Origin: Candidatus Nitrospira inopinata
Lineage (GTDB): Bacteria; Nitrospirota; Nitrospiria; Nitrospirales; Nitrospiraceae
NCBI RefSeq assembly: GCF_001458695.1
Contig: NZ_LN885086.1
Coordinates: 3,060,001-3,092,000 of the forward strand
DNA length: 32,000 nt
Direction: 5' to 3'
Under the pieces are notes generated by a model. The model ran no database searches. It was given only the letters and a program-made list of their open reading frames with translations, and was not told the origin of the DNA. The stretch's first letter is position 1; every line of letters begins with the position of its first letter. Of this stretch, positions 1 to 10,041 are shown piece after piece. The translations under genes and the position numbers were made by a program.

Positions 1-63
1 CAGAGGAAGCCTTGTTTTTCAGAGCGTTGGTGTCAAATCGACAGACTTGCTTTTTACGGACGG

Positions 64-279
64 CTAAAAAGTATCCATATCAATGACTTCTGTTGCCTCC
101 CATAGGTTCTTCCACTCGGCTTCGGCCAGGGCTTTATCCCGATCGTCCTCCGTGTCGTCGCCGAACCGATGGGAAGATTGAGTCTCATGACTCACCGGTT
201 GACTAGAGCCCTCTGAGGGGGACGTGTTATTCACAGAGAAGCGCGGCCGTTTGTTCTCCGGATCTAAATTGACAGGCAT
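64..279 (-). CDS. hypothetical small acidic protein (about 71 aa), downstream of and co-oriented with mutS2
   Basis: ORF 64..288 (GTG at 288). An in-frame ATG at 279 is preceded by GAAGG about 9 nt upstream. The sequence is S/E/D-rich and low-complexity with no motif I recognise, so it may be non-coding. Confidence 0.3.
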   Translation of the reverse strand: MPVNLDPENKRPRFSVNNTSPSEGSSQPVSHETQSSHRFGDDTEDDRDKALAEAEWKNLWEATEVIDMDTF

Positions 280-398
280 GTCGGTCACCCTTCATTCGTT
301 TTTTCTTCCAGACCTCTTGGCGATTCGATTTGACGACTCGATCGATGGACGTCGATCGTACCTTACTTGCTCACCAAGCCGCGATTTTTTCGAAGCAA

Positions 399-2822
399 TC
401 ATACCAGTTTCACCACCGTTACTCCATCGCCCCCTTCAGTCCGATCACCGGAGCGAAAACTCGCCACGTATGGAGAACCGCTCAGGTATTCGCGCAAGAC
501 GGATTTGAGCCGACCCGTGCCATGGCCGTGGATGATGCGGAGAAAGGAGGCTTGGCCCAACACGGCACGATCCAATGCCGCGATGACTTGATCAAGCGCG
601 TCGTCAGCCGCCTGTCCCCTCACGTCCACGACCGCGTCGGTATCGGCACTTGCCTCTAAACCAATCGGAACCTGCGGCCTCCGCCCCGTCGATGACATAG
701 ATGACATATCTGAAGCCCCGCCATCGGTTTGACGCGAGAGACCGGTCAAGCCTGAGACGGCCGCCACTATCTCTCCATCCCCGACTTTGACGCGCACGCG
801 CTTTTTCCCCTGCGGCGACTCAAGCAAACGCCCGATCATGCCCAGCCCGACGATTTCCACTGTATCACCGACCTTGAGCCGCTCGACCGGAATAGGCTCG
901 CCAATCGGTGCAACCTCGCGTCTCACCCGCTCTTCTATCTCACTCAGCCGCTGCTTCGCTTCCTTCGCCTTGACGAGCTTCTGTTCCCGCTTGATGGCGT
1001 CGACCGTCGCCTGAACTTCCGCGCGCGCCCGCTGGAGATGCTCGCCCAGTTTTTTTCGCAGCCCCTTGCGGACCTCCCCTTCGGTCTGCTCCAGTTGTGC
1101 TTGCAGCGCCTTGGCTTCGGCCGCCGCCTGTTCGGATTCGACTCTCGCCCGTCTCGCCCGTTCGATCTCCTCGGCCAACTGCCGCTGTTTCAGTTGCAAG
1201 TCCGCCATCAACCGTTCGAGTCGCCGATCGTCTTGCCGCAATCGCCGCCGCGCATCGTTCAAAATCGCCTCATCCATGCCGAGCCGACCGGCAATCTCCA
1301 AAGCCGACGAGCTTCCCGGGATGCCCAGGAAGAGCCGATACGTCGGAGCCAGCCGTTCAACGTCGAATCCCACGCTGGCATTGGCGAACCCGGGCGTCGT
1401 CTGAGCCAACTCTTTGAGGAGTCCATAGTGCGTGGTCGCCACGACTTTCATACCCAAGGCCGCCAGACGACAGAGCACCGCTCCGGCCAGGGCCGCCCCC
1501 TCTTCGGGATCAGTCGAGGTCACCGGTTCATCCAGCAAAACCAACGATCTCGGCGCCTGCGGCTCAAGGCTCTCGCCATGCTTACCCCTCTCGGACAGAA
1601 GCTCGACGATCTGCAGGATATGAGCGGAGAAGCTGGAGAGGTCACGGCTGATATCCTGCGCGTCTCCGATGTCGGCATGACACTCCGTGAACAGAGCCAT
1701 CTCGGATTCCGGCGCGCACGGCAAGTGGAGCCCGGCCCGCGCCATCAGCGAATAGAGGCCGACGATTTTGAGCGTAACGGTTTTGCCGCCGGTGTTGGGA
1801 CCCGAAATGACGAGAACTCGAACCGTCTCGTCCGCGATGATGTCGTTCGGCACCACTTCCTCTCTGGCGACCATGAGCAGGGGATGCCGCGCTTGTTTCA
1901 ACACGACACGCCCCTCGGCGTTGAGTGCGACCGGGCTGCATTTCAATCGACGACTCAATCCGGCTTTTGCTTGGATACAGTCCCACTCGGCGAGCCGCTC
2001 CACCCCTTCGCCGATTGAATCGGCTTTCTCGGCCACCGACGCCGTCAGCTCGCGCAAGATGCGGCGGATCTCCCGCTCCACGTCGAGATCGGCCACTTTG
2101 ATCGCGTTGTTCAGATCGATCAGCTCACGAGGCTCGATAAAAACCGTCGCGCCGCTGACGGAGACATCGTGCACAATACCCGGCACTCTGCCCCGCATAT
2201 CGGCTTTGACCGGAAGGACGTACCGTCCCTCTCGTTGGACAAAATAAAGCTCCTGCAAAATTTCCTTGTACGATTGGGAATGAAGGATTCTGTCGAGCCG
2301 CTCTCGGATTTTCCATTTCAGTTCGTGGGCGTGATGCGTGAGCCGCCGCAACTCGGGGGTGGCCGACTCTTTCATCGTGCCGTCCGATTCGATCGCCTCG
2401 TCGATCGCCGATCGAACCGGGCGCAATTCTTTTGCAAGGGCCTGAAGCGGCTCCGCGACGCGGGCCAAGGCTCGAGCCTCCGCGGCATGCCGCGACATGA
2501 ACCGCGCCGTCTCGTCCATCAACGCCATGACCGCCGCGCAGTTCCCGAGTTCATGGGCCGCCAGTTCCCCTCCTTTGGCGGCCCGGGCCAAGTTCTCGCG
2601 GATATCGGGAAATCCGAGACTCGGCATCGGCTCATCGCTCTTCAACAGCTCCGCCATCTCGGTCGTTTCCTGCTGACGCAATCGAGCCGAACCCAGATCA
2701 TCGGCAAGCGGCAAAGATCCGCACAGCTCTTTTCCAAGCGTCGACTGTGCGTGCTGCTTCAACAGCTCGAGGACGCGAGGCCATTCCAACGCCTGCGCCG
2801 TCTTCAATTGACCGTGATTCAT
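399..2822 (-). CDS. mutS2: endonuclease MutS2 (MutS-family ATPase with C-terminal Smr domain)
   Basis: 807-aa ORF with Walker A GPNTGGKTVTLK, a long charged coiled-coil linker and a C-terminal Smr motif (LRIIHGHGTGRLKSVLREYL). Confidence 0.95.
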   Translation of the reverse strand: MNHGQLKTAQALEWPRVLELLKQHAQSTLGKELCGSLPLADDLGSARLRQQETTEMAELLKSDEPMPSLGFPDIRENLARAAKGGELAAHELGNCAAVMALMDETARFMSRHAAEARALARVAEPLQALAKELRPVRSAIDEAIESDGTMKESATPELRRLTHHAHELKWKIRERLDRILHSQSYKEILQELYFVQREGRYVLPVKADMRGRVPGIVHDVSVSGATVFIEPRELIDLNNAIKVADLDVEREIRRILRELTASVAEKADSIGEGVERLAEWDCIQAKAGLSRRLKCSPVALNAEGRVVLKQARHPLLMVAREEVVPNDIIADETVRVLVISGPNTGGKTVTLKIVGLYSLMARAGLHLPCAPESEMALFTECHADIGDAQDISRDLSSFSAHILQIVELLSERGKHGESLEPQAPRSLVLLDEPVTSTDPEEGAALAGAVLCRLAALGMKVVATTHYGLLKELAQTTPGFANASVGFDVERLAPTYRLFLGIPGSSSALEIAGRLGMDEAILNDARRRLRQDDRRLERLMADLQLKQRQLAEEIERARRARVESEQAAAEAKALQAQLEQTEGEVRKGLRKKLGEHLQRARAEVQATVDAIKREQKLVKAKEAKQRLSEIEERVRREVAPIGEPIPVERLKVGDTVEIVGLGMIGRLLESPQGKKRVRVKVGDGEIVAAVSGLTGLSRQTDGGASDMSSMSSTGRRPQVPIGLEASADTDAVVDVRGQAADDALDQVIAALDRAVLGQASFLRIIHGHGTGRLKSVLREYLSGSPYVASFRSGDRTEGGDGVTVVKLV

Positions 2823-2848
2823 AAGCGCCTTTCGCCCCCGCCAAATCG

Positions 2849-2897
2849 GCGACGGATTCTGCGACGGATTCTGTGATGGACTCTAACGAAGGATTCG
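2849..2897. repeat. tandem array of about 4 copies of a 12-nt unit (GCGACGGATTCT) in the mutS2/gap divergent intergenic region
   Basis: There are two perfect copies at 2849-2860 and 2861-2872. Two degenerate copies follow: GTGATGGACTCT at 2873-2884 (9/12) and ACGAAGGATTCG at 2886-2897 (9/12). The GGATTC/GGACTC core recurs every 12-13 nt. Confidence 0.8.
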
Positions 2898-2943
2898 ATC
2901 GGCTCGCAAGGGAACCGTCTCGTCTCCTCTCGGCGACGCACGC

Positions 2944-4042
<1,099 letters not shown>

Positions 4043-4132
4043 AACCTAGACTCTGTCGACGCCGGCCCGACTTCCAACCCGCAGGCAGCCACGACCGAAC
4101 ATGGGACTTCACACGCAAGACGAGGAACAGCC

Positions 4133-5332
4133 GTGAACTTGCACAAAAAAACCATCGATGACGTGGTGCTTCGCGGGAAACGAGTGATCATCCGCGCCGA
4201 TTTCAATGTGCCGCTGGACGAAGCGCTACAGATCACGGACGATACGCGCATTCGCTCCACGCTGCCGACCATCAACCGTGTCGTCGATGAAGGCGCCAAA
4301 GTCATCGTGTGTTCCCACCTGGGACGCCCCAAAGGAACTTTCGAACCCAAGTACAGTCTGGCGCCGGTCGCGAAGCGACTCGGTCGCCTCCTGGGCAAGG
4401 AGGTGATTTTCGCGCCGGATTGCATCGGACCCACCGTCGAAAAGTTGGTCGCGAAAATGAATCCCGGCGACGTGCTCCTGCTGGAAAATCTCCGCTTCCA
4501 TCGCGGCGAGGAGCAAAACGACGACGCCTTTGCCAAGGCCCTTGCTTCGCTGGGAGACGTCTATATCAATGACGCTTTCGGAGCCGCCCACCGCGCCCAT
4601 GCCTCCACGGTCGGTATTACGAAGTTCATCAAAGAAGCCGCGGCCGGTTTTTTGCTCAAAAAAGAAATCGAGTATCTGGAAGGCGCCGTCGCCAATCCCG
4701 TTCGGCCGTTCGTGGCGGTCCTGGGAGGGGCCAAGGTGTCGGGGAAAATCGGCGTCATCGAAAACCTGGGCAAGAAAGTCGACAAGGTCATTATCGGAGG
4801 CGGCATGGCCTTTACGTTCCTGAAAGCAAAAGGCATGGAAATCGGCAATTCATTGGTCGAAAACGACATGCTCGACTTTGCCAAAGGCATCGAAGACCAC
4901 GCGCTGTCGCGGGGGGTCAAGTTTTATCTTCCGGTCGATTGCGTCGTCGCAGCAGGCCGCGAACCGGGCGCCGAATCGAAAATCGTCCCCGTCCAGGAAA
5001 TTCCCAAAGGATGGTACGGCCTCGATATCGGTCCGGCTTCGGTGAAGCTGTTCAACGAAGCCGTTCAAAACGCAAAGACGATTCTCTGGAACGGACCGAT
5101 GGGCGTCTTCGAAATCGATGCCTACGCCCGAGGCACGCTCGCCATGGCTCACGCCATCGCCGACGCCTACGCGCTGACGATCATCGGAGGAGGCGAAACG
5201 GCGTTGGCCGTGCACCGAGCCGGGGTTTCCGAAAGCATGTCCTTCATTTCGACCGGCGGCGGCGCCGCGCTGGAATTGCTTGAAGGGAAAAAACTTCCCG
5301 GCCTCGTCGCGTTGCCGGATCGGACGAACTAA
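4133..5332 (+). CDS. pgk: phosphoglycerate kinase
   Basis: 399 aa with a GTG start. PGK signatures IIRADFNVP, GGAKVSGKIGVI, IIGGGMAFTF and FISTGGGA are present. Confidence 0.96.
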   Translation: MNLHKKTIDDVVLRGKRVIIRADFNVPLDEALQITDDTRIRSTLPTINRVVDEGAKVIVCSHLGRPKGTFEPKYSLAPVAKRLGRLLGKEVIFAPDCIGPTVEKLVAKMNPGDVLLLENLRFHRGEEQNDDAFAKALASLGDVYINDAFGAAHRAHASTVGITKFIKEAAAGFLLKKEIEYLEGAVANPVRPFVAVLGGAKVSGKIGVIENLGKKVDKVIIGGGMAFTFLKAKGMEIGNSLVENDMLDFAKGIEDHALSRGVKFYLPVDCVVAAGREPGAESKIVPVQEIPKGWYGLDIGPASVKLFNEAVQNAKTILWNGPMGVFEIDAYARGTLAMAHAIADAYALTIIGGGETALAVHRAGVSESMSFISTGGGAALELLEGKKLPGLVALPDRTN

Positions 5333-5374
5333 CATCCATCACCACTGGATTCCATCAAGACAAGCGGCGGCACC

Positions 5375-6151
5375 GTGCGTTCGCTCCTCATCGTCGGCAA
5401 TTGGAAGATGAATAAAACCCCCTCCGAGGCTGCGGCTTTTCTGCGTGCCGTCGCGTCGCGGCTTCCCCTGTCGCCGGCGGTCGAATTCGTGGTCGCCCCT
5501 CCCTTCACCGCGCTGGAGTCCGCCCGCACGGCCCTCGGTTCTTCATCGCCGATTCAGCTCGGCGCGCAAAATATGTTTTGGGAAGACTATGGTCCCTACA
5601 CGGGCGAGGTCTCCGCCCCCATGCTCAAAGATCTCGGCTGTCGATACGTCATTCTCGGCCATTCCGAACGACGCACGGCGTTCGGTGAGCGGGATGAGTG
5701 GATTCATAAGAAAATTCGCGCCGCGCTCGCGCACAATCTGAAACCGATCGTCTGTATCGGAGAGTCGTCGGCTCAACGGGAACAGGAACGAACGGAAGAA
5801 GTGCTCCGTCAACAATTAAACGGCGGCTTGGGGGACCTGCCTCCCCAAGCGATGACGGACGTCACGATCGCCTATGAGCCGATCTGGGCCATCGGAACAG
5901 GCCAAGCCGCCACGGCCGATCAAGCGGCGAACGCTCATCTAGCGATCCGGAGTTTTTTGGAAGACCGTTGGTCGGCCGACATCGCAAAATCAACGAGAAT
6001 TTTGTACGGCGGGAGCGTCACGTCCGACAACGTCGGCGCGTTCTTGCAATCGGAGCAAATTGACGGTGCATTAATCGGCGGGGCTTGTCTGCACGTGGAA
6101 TCCTTTGTTACAATCGGCGCCGTCGCTCGAGCAATCACGGACCGAGGATAA
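5375..6151 (+). CDS. tpiA: triose-phosphate isomerase
   Basis: 258 aa with a GTG start. Motifs [15 protein letters not shown] and [11 protein letters not shown] are present. Confidence 0.96.
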   Translation: MRSLLIVGNWKMNKTPSEAAAFLRAVASRLPLSPAVEFVVAPPFTALESARTALGSSSPIQLGAQNMFWEDYGPYTGEVSAPMLKDLGCRYVILGHSERRTAFGERDEWIHKKIRAALAHNLKPIVCIGESSAQREQERTEEVLRQQLNGGLGDLPPQAMTDVTIAYEPIWAIGTGQAATADQAANAHLAIRSFLEDRWSADIAKSTRILYGGSVTSDNVGAFLQSEQIDGALIGGACLHVESFVTIGAVARAITDRG

Positions 6152-6508
6152 ATGTTATACACACTGATCATCATCCTGCACGTCTTCATTTCGTTCCTCA
6201 TGATCGGAGCCATTCTGCTTCAGTCCGGCAAGGGCGCGGAGATCGGGGCGGCGTTCGGAGGATCGAGCCAAACCGTCTTTGGAAGCCGAGGCCCCGCCAA
6301 TTTTCTCAGCAAGCTGACGGTCGTCGTCGCGGCGGTATTCATGCTGACGTCGCTCAGCCTGGCGATTTTGGCCAAAGAGCGGAACTTCGCCTCGACCGTC
6401 ATTGATCTGAACAAAAAGAGCGAGTCCCCGGCCTCTTCCTCGCCGACTCAGCCGGCAACCGAATCCCACTCGACGGATGGAAACGGCTCGTCCGTCGAGC
6501 AACACTGA
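6152..6508 (+). CDS. secG: preprotein translocase subunit SecG
   Basis: 118 aa with two TM helices and the LLQSGKGAEIGAAFGG signature. The ATG directly abuts the tpiA TAA. The gap-pgk-tpiA-secG order is a widely conserved arrangement. Confidence 0.9.
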   Translation: MLYTLIIILHVFISFLMIGAILLQSGKGAEIGAAFGGSSQTVFGSRGPANFLSKLTVVVAAVFMLTSLSLAILAKERNFASTVIDLNKKSESPASSSPTQPATESHSTDGNGSSVEQH

Positions 6509-6671
6509 TCCCGATCTTCTAATCGGTAACACCCACCTGAGCTTCTAAAACTCATCCGGCTCATCAAGGAGGGTCAGTAAGAGGCGACGATCTCTGAGGC
6601 TTCCCACCGCAACCGCAGGCTGTTGAATCGCGATAGGTCTCTCTCTTTACAGGCAGGAGCCTTCTACCAAT

Positions 6672-7586
6672 CTAAACGGGCGTCAACCACGAAGCGTAGG
6701 CAGGATTCTCTCCCCGCACGATGGAAAAGAACGTCTTCTGGAGCATCTGGGTCATCGGACCCGGTTTGCCGCTTCCGATCGCGCGACGATCGATTTCACA
6801 AACCGGCGTCAGTTCGGCCGCCGTGCCGGTCACGAAGACCTCGTCCGCAATGTACATTTCATCGCGCGTAAATCGCTCTTCCTCGACGACAAGCTTTCGC
6901 TCTCTGGCCAATTCGATCACCGAATTTCTGGTGATGCCTTCAAGCACCGATGTCAGAGGAGTGGTCTTCAACTTTCCTCTCCGGACGATGAAGACGTTTT
7001 CTCCCGTTCCCTCCGAAACGTATCCTTCGGCATCGAGCAAGATCGCTTCATCATAGCCGGCGGCTTTGGCTTCCCGTTTTGCCATGATCGAGTTGACGTA
7101 ATAGCCGGCTATTTTCCCCTTCGTCATGGACACGTTGACATGGTGACGGGTAAAGGAAGACACGCAGGCGCGGATGCCGTTTGTCAACGCGTCCTCTCCC
7201 AAATAGGCCCCCCATTTCCACGCCGCAATGGCCACGCGAATCGGATTGTCGCCGGGATGAACCCCCATCGCCCCATAGCCGATATAGACCAATGGGCGAA
7301 TATAGCAGGCTTCCAGACGATTGACGCGAACGGTTTCAAGGATGGCGTCGGCGATTTGTTTTCTGTCATAGGGAATCGTCATCATGCCGATATGAGCGGA
7401 GTCAAACAGCCGATCGACGTGCTCCTGAAGCCTGAAAATAGCCGATCCGGCCCGGCCTTTATAGCAGCGGATTCCTTCAAATGCCGCCAACCCGTAATGC
7501 AGCGAATGGGTCAAGACATGCGTATTGGCTTGATCCCACGGGACGAACTTGCCGTCCATCCAGATTTTTTCACTGGGCTCCAACAT
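6672..7586 (-). CDS. ilvE: branched-chain-amino-acid aminotransferase (class IV PLP enzyme)
   Basis: The sequence has MDGKFVPWDQANTHVLTHSLHYG, FEGIRCY and SEGTGENVFIVRRGKLKTTP. I chose the ATG at 7586 (AGGAG 9 nt upstream). The ORF-track extension to 7682 is Arg-rich and overlaps the predicted promoter. Confidence 0.9.
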   Translation of the reverse strand: MLEPSEKIWMDGKFVPWDQANTHVLTHSLHYGLAAFEGIRCYKGRAGSAIFRLQEHVDRLFDSAHIGMMTIPYDRKQIADAILETVRVNRLEACYIRPLVYIGYGAMGVHPGDNPIRVAIAAWKWGAYLGEDALTNGIRACVSSFTRHHVNVSMTKGKIAGYYVNSIMAKREAKAAGYDEAILLDAEGYVSEGTGENVFIVRRGKLKTTPLTSVLEGITRNSVIELARERKLVVEEERFTRDEMYIADEVFVTGTAAELTPVCEIDRRAIGSGKPGPMTQMLQKTFFSIVRGENPAYASWLTPV

Positions 7587-7653
7587 CGGATGCGACTCCT
7601 GCGCGCGATGACGGTTCCGATTCCGCGATCCCGATTCCGTTTGGCGCGCGCGA

Positions 7654-7682
7654 ACTATAGCGCGAGGCCTGCCATGCGTCAA
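7654..7682 (-). promoter_or_regulatory. putative sigma70 promoter upstream of ilvE
   Basis: On the minus strand: TTGACG (7682-7677), a 17-nt spacer, then TATAGT (7659-7654). It lies about 68 nt upstream of the ilvE ATG. Confidence 0.5.
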
Positions 7683-7751
7683 GCAACCAATCCAGTCTTC
7701 CTCTACAAGAGGAGGATACGGCCTTGATTCTGATTCGGGTAGAAAGCCGAT

Positions 7752-8093
7752 TCAACGCGAGAGGCAAGACGATCGAAGACGAGCGCTGAGAAACATTTCG
7801 ATCCGTTCCTTAGCCTCCGGATTGAGTCTGATCATTTTCGCCCCGAACCAGTGTCCGCGCACCCAGCGAACCAAGACAAGCCCGACGTCCACCGAGCAGG
7901 CGCGGTCGGGAAGAGACAACCGAGCGACGAGTTCCATCCCCGGCATCACTTGATGGTCGCCGAGCACTCGAAATCCGGTTCGAGATAAATTCGTCACCGT
8001 TCCCCTGCCGAGAAACTCCTCACCCATATAGTACAAGTTGCAACGGACGGGAATGCGACGATACGCGCGAATCACAAACCGGGTTGAAGGCAT
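7752..8093 (-). CDS. stand-alone PilZ-domain protein (putative c-di-GMP receptor)
   Basis: 113 aa with both PilZ signature motifs: RxxxR (RRIPVR) and D/NxSxxG (NLSRTG). AGGAGA lies 5 nt upstream of the ATG. Confidence 0.75.
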   Translation of the reverse strand: MPSTRFVIRAYRRIPVRCNLYYMGEEFLGRGTVTNLSRTGFRVLGDHQVMPGMELVARLSLPDRACSVDVGLVLVRWVRGHWFGAKMIRLNPEAKERIEMFLSARLRSSCLSR

Positions 8094-8225
8094 ACCGTTC
8101 TCCTGAAGAAACCGCCCTCAAAATACTCCTTTTCCTCCCGCCTTTCTATCCCTTCCGAAGAGGGGGGTGAAAGGGCTCAGACCAGCCCATGTCGAGCAAA
8201 GCGCACTGAAAACTCAGCGGCTCAC

Positions 8226-8255
8226 TTGACACTGCATAAAAGTGCATGGTATTTG
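8226..8255 (+). promoter_or_regulatory. putative sigma70 (extended -10) promoter of the rplU-rpmA-obg... run
   Basis: Perfect TTGACA at 8226-8231. After an 18-nt spacer comes TG (8247-8248), one nucleotide, then TATTTG (8250-8255). A GGAGA Shine-Dalgarno at 8271-8275 precedes the rplU ATG at 8284. Confidence 0.45.
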
Positions 8256-8283
8256 ATCCACTCCGCTTATGGAGACATGAAGC

Positions 8284-8598
8284 ATGTACGCAATCGTTGA
8301 AACAGGTGGAAAGCAATATCGAGTCGAGGCCGGATCCACGATTCAGGTTGAAAAACTGCCCGGTGACGTCGGCGGCATGGTCGAATTGGACCGCGTGCGC
8401 TTGGTTCACGGCGATGCCGGTCTGGTCGTCGGACAACCGCTCGTACAAGGCGCGAAGGTTACGGCTGAAATCTTGCGGCAAGGCCGGACGAGATCCATTA
8501 CCGTCTTTAAGAAGAAACGCAGGAAAAACTATCGCCGGACCCGCGGTCATCGGCAACACTTGACGAAGCTTCTGATCAAAGACATCACGACAAACTAA
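8284..8598 (+). CDS. rplU: 50S ribosomal protein L21
   Basis: 104 aa with the N-terminus [15 protein letters not shown] typical of bL21. Confidence 0.97.
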   Translation: MYAIVETGGKQYRVEAGSTIQVEKLPGDVGGMVELDRVRLVHGDAGLVVGQPLVQGAKVTAEILRQGRTRSITVFKKKRRKNYRRTRGHRQHLTKLLIKDITTN

Positions 8599-8619
8599 CG
8601 GCTACAGAGGGGACTGCCC

Positions 8620-8883
8620 ATGGCAACAAATAAAGGCGGCGGTTCGTCGCGGAACGGTCGGGACAGCAACCCGCAGTATCTGGGCGTCAAGGCATATGGC
8701 GGTGAAACCGTGACGGCGGGGAGCATCATCGTCCGCCAACGAGGCACGAAATTTTTCCCCGGCTTCAACGTCGATATCGGACGAGACCACACGTTGTTCG
8801 CCCGGATCACCGGGACGGTGAAATTCGAAGGCGGGCGCGGCAGACGGAAGGTCAGCGTGTATCCGCTCCCCGCTGAATCTTGA
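8620..8883 (+). CDS. rpmA: 50S ribosomal protein L27
   Basis: 87 aa with [24 protein letters not shown] and [10 protein letters not shown], typical of bL27. Confidence 0.97.
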   Translation: MATNKGGGSSRNGRDSNPQYLGVKAYGGETVTAGSIIVRQRGTKFFPGFNVDIGRDHTLFARITGTVKFEGGRGRRKVSVYPLPAES

Positions 8884-9015
8884 CCCTCTCGCCCTTCACG
8901 CCCCCTGACCTCAAGCGTCCGATAGCCTGAACGTCCCTCTCAACCGGCAATAGCAGGTCGGGTATACTCCAACCGATGGCAAGCCGCGATACGTTCAATC
9001 CGATAAAGACACGCC

Positions 9016-10041
9016 ATGTTTGTCGATGAGGCGATCATTACCGTTCGTGCCGGACGAGGAGGAGACGGCATTTGCAGCTTCCGCCGCGAAATGTACGTGC
9101 CCCGCGGCGGCCCGGACGGAGGGGACGGCGGTAATGGCGGCAATGTCGTCCTAACGGCGTCGCATCGTCTGACGACTCTGTTGGATCTCCGATATCAAAA
9201 ACACTATCAGGCCGAAGACGGGCGACCCGGTGGGAGCTCCAAATGCACCGGCCGATCGGGCGCCGATGTCGTCGTGACGCTCCCCGTCGGCACCGTGGTG
9301 TACGACGCCGCGACGGACGATGCGCTGGCCGACCTCGTCAACGACGGAGAAACGGTCGTGATCGCGAGAGGCGGGCGAGGGGGGCTCGGCAATTGTCATT
9401 TCGCCACCTCGACCAATCGAGCCCCGACCCGGTGGACTCAAGGAACGGACGGCGAAGAGCGAACGCTTCGGCTCGAACTGAAGCTGCTCGCGGACGTCGG
9501 CTTGGTCGGCTTTCCCAACGCGGGCAAATCGACGCTCATTGCGGCCGTTTCGTCGGCACGCCCCAAGATTGCCGAGTACCCGTTCACCACATTGACTCCC
9601 CACTTAGGCGTCGTGCGCTGGGGATCCGACCGCAGCTTCGTCGTCGCCGATATTCCCGGCTTGATCGAAGGAGCCCATGATGGAAAGGGACTGGGACTTC
9701 AATTTCTTCGCCATATCGAACGCACGGCTTTTTTGCTTCACCTGATCGACGTCTCGGAGTGGACGCCCGTTGAACCGATCGCCGCCTTCGAGACCGTGCG
9801 GCGCGAGCTTGCGGCGTACGATCACACGTTGATCGACCGCCCCTTCGCCGTCGTCGCGACGAAGATCGACATCGGCGGCACGTCGGATCGACTCGCGCGA
9901 CTCCGAGACTATTGCAAGCGTCATCGCCTTCGATGTTTTCCCGTTTCATCCGCCACGAGAGAAGGTCTCGACGACTTGATCGCCTTTGTCGGCGCGCAAG
10001 TGGACCGCCTCCGAAGCCAGCCATGCGAGACGAAATCTTAA
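9016..10041 (+). CDS. obg: GTPase Obg/CgtA
   Basis: 341 aa. The Gly-rich Obg fold (MFVDEAIITVRAGRGGDG...GGPDGGDGGNGG) and the G1 motif GFPNAGKST are present, and the position after rplU-rpmA is the conserved one. Confidence 0.96.
   Translation: MFVDEAIITVRAGRGGDGICSFRREMYVPRGGPDGGDGGNGGNVVLTASHRLTTLLDLRYQKHYQAEDGRPGGSSKCTGRSGADVVVTLPVGTVVYDAATDDALADLVNDGETVVIARGGRGGLGNCHFATSTNRAPTRWTQGTDGEERTLRLELKLLADVGLVGFPNAGKSTLIAAVSSARPKIAEYPFTTLTPHLGVVRWGSDRSFVVADIPGLIEGAHDGKGLGLQFLRHIERTAFLLHLIDVSEWTPVEPIAAFETVRRELAAYDHTLIDRPFAVVATKIDIGGTSDRLARLRDYCKRHRLRCFPVSSATREGLDDLIAFVGAQVDRLRSQPCETKS

Noticed and set aside
339-358. CGATCGA-N6-TCGATCG hairpin downstream of mutS2 as a terminator
   Set aside because: The stem is only 7 bp and built from self-complementary CGATCG units. 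No U-tract follows on the relevant strand, which is too weak to call.
1038-2018. 326-aa plus-strand ORF, plus several shorter ones, inside mutS2
   Set aside because: It is antisense to the well-supported MutS2 ATPase region and has an Arg/Pro/Ser-rich, low-complexity composition.
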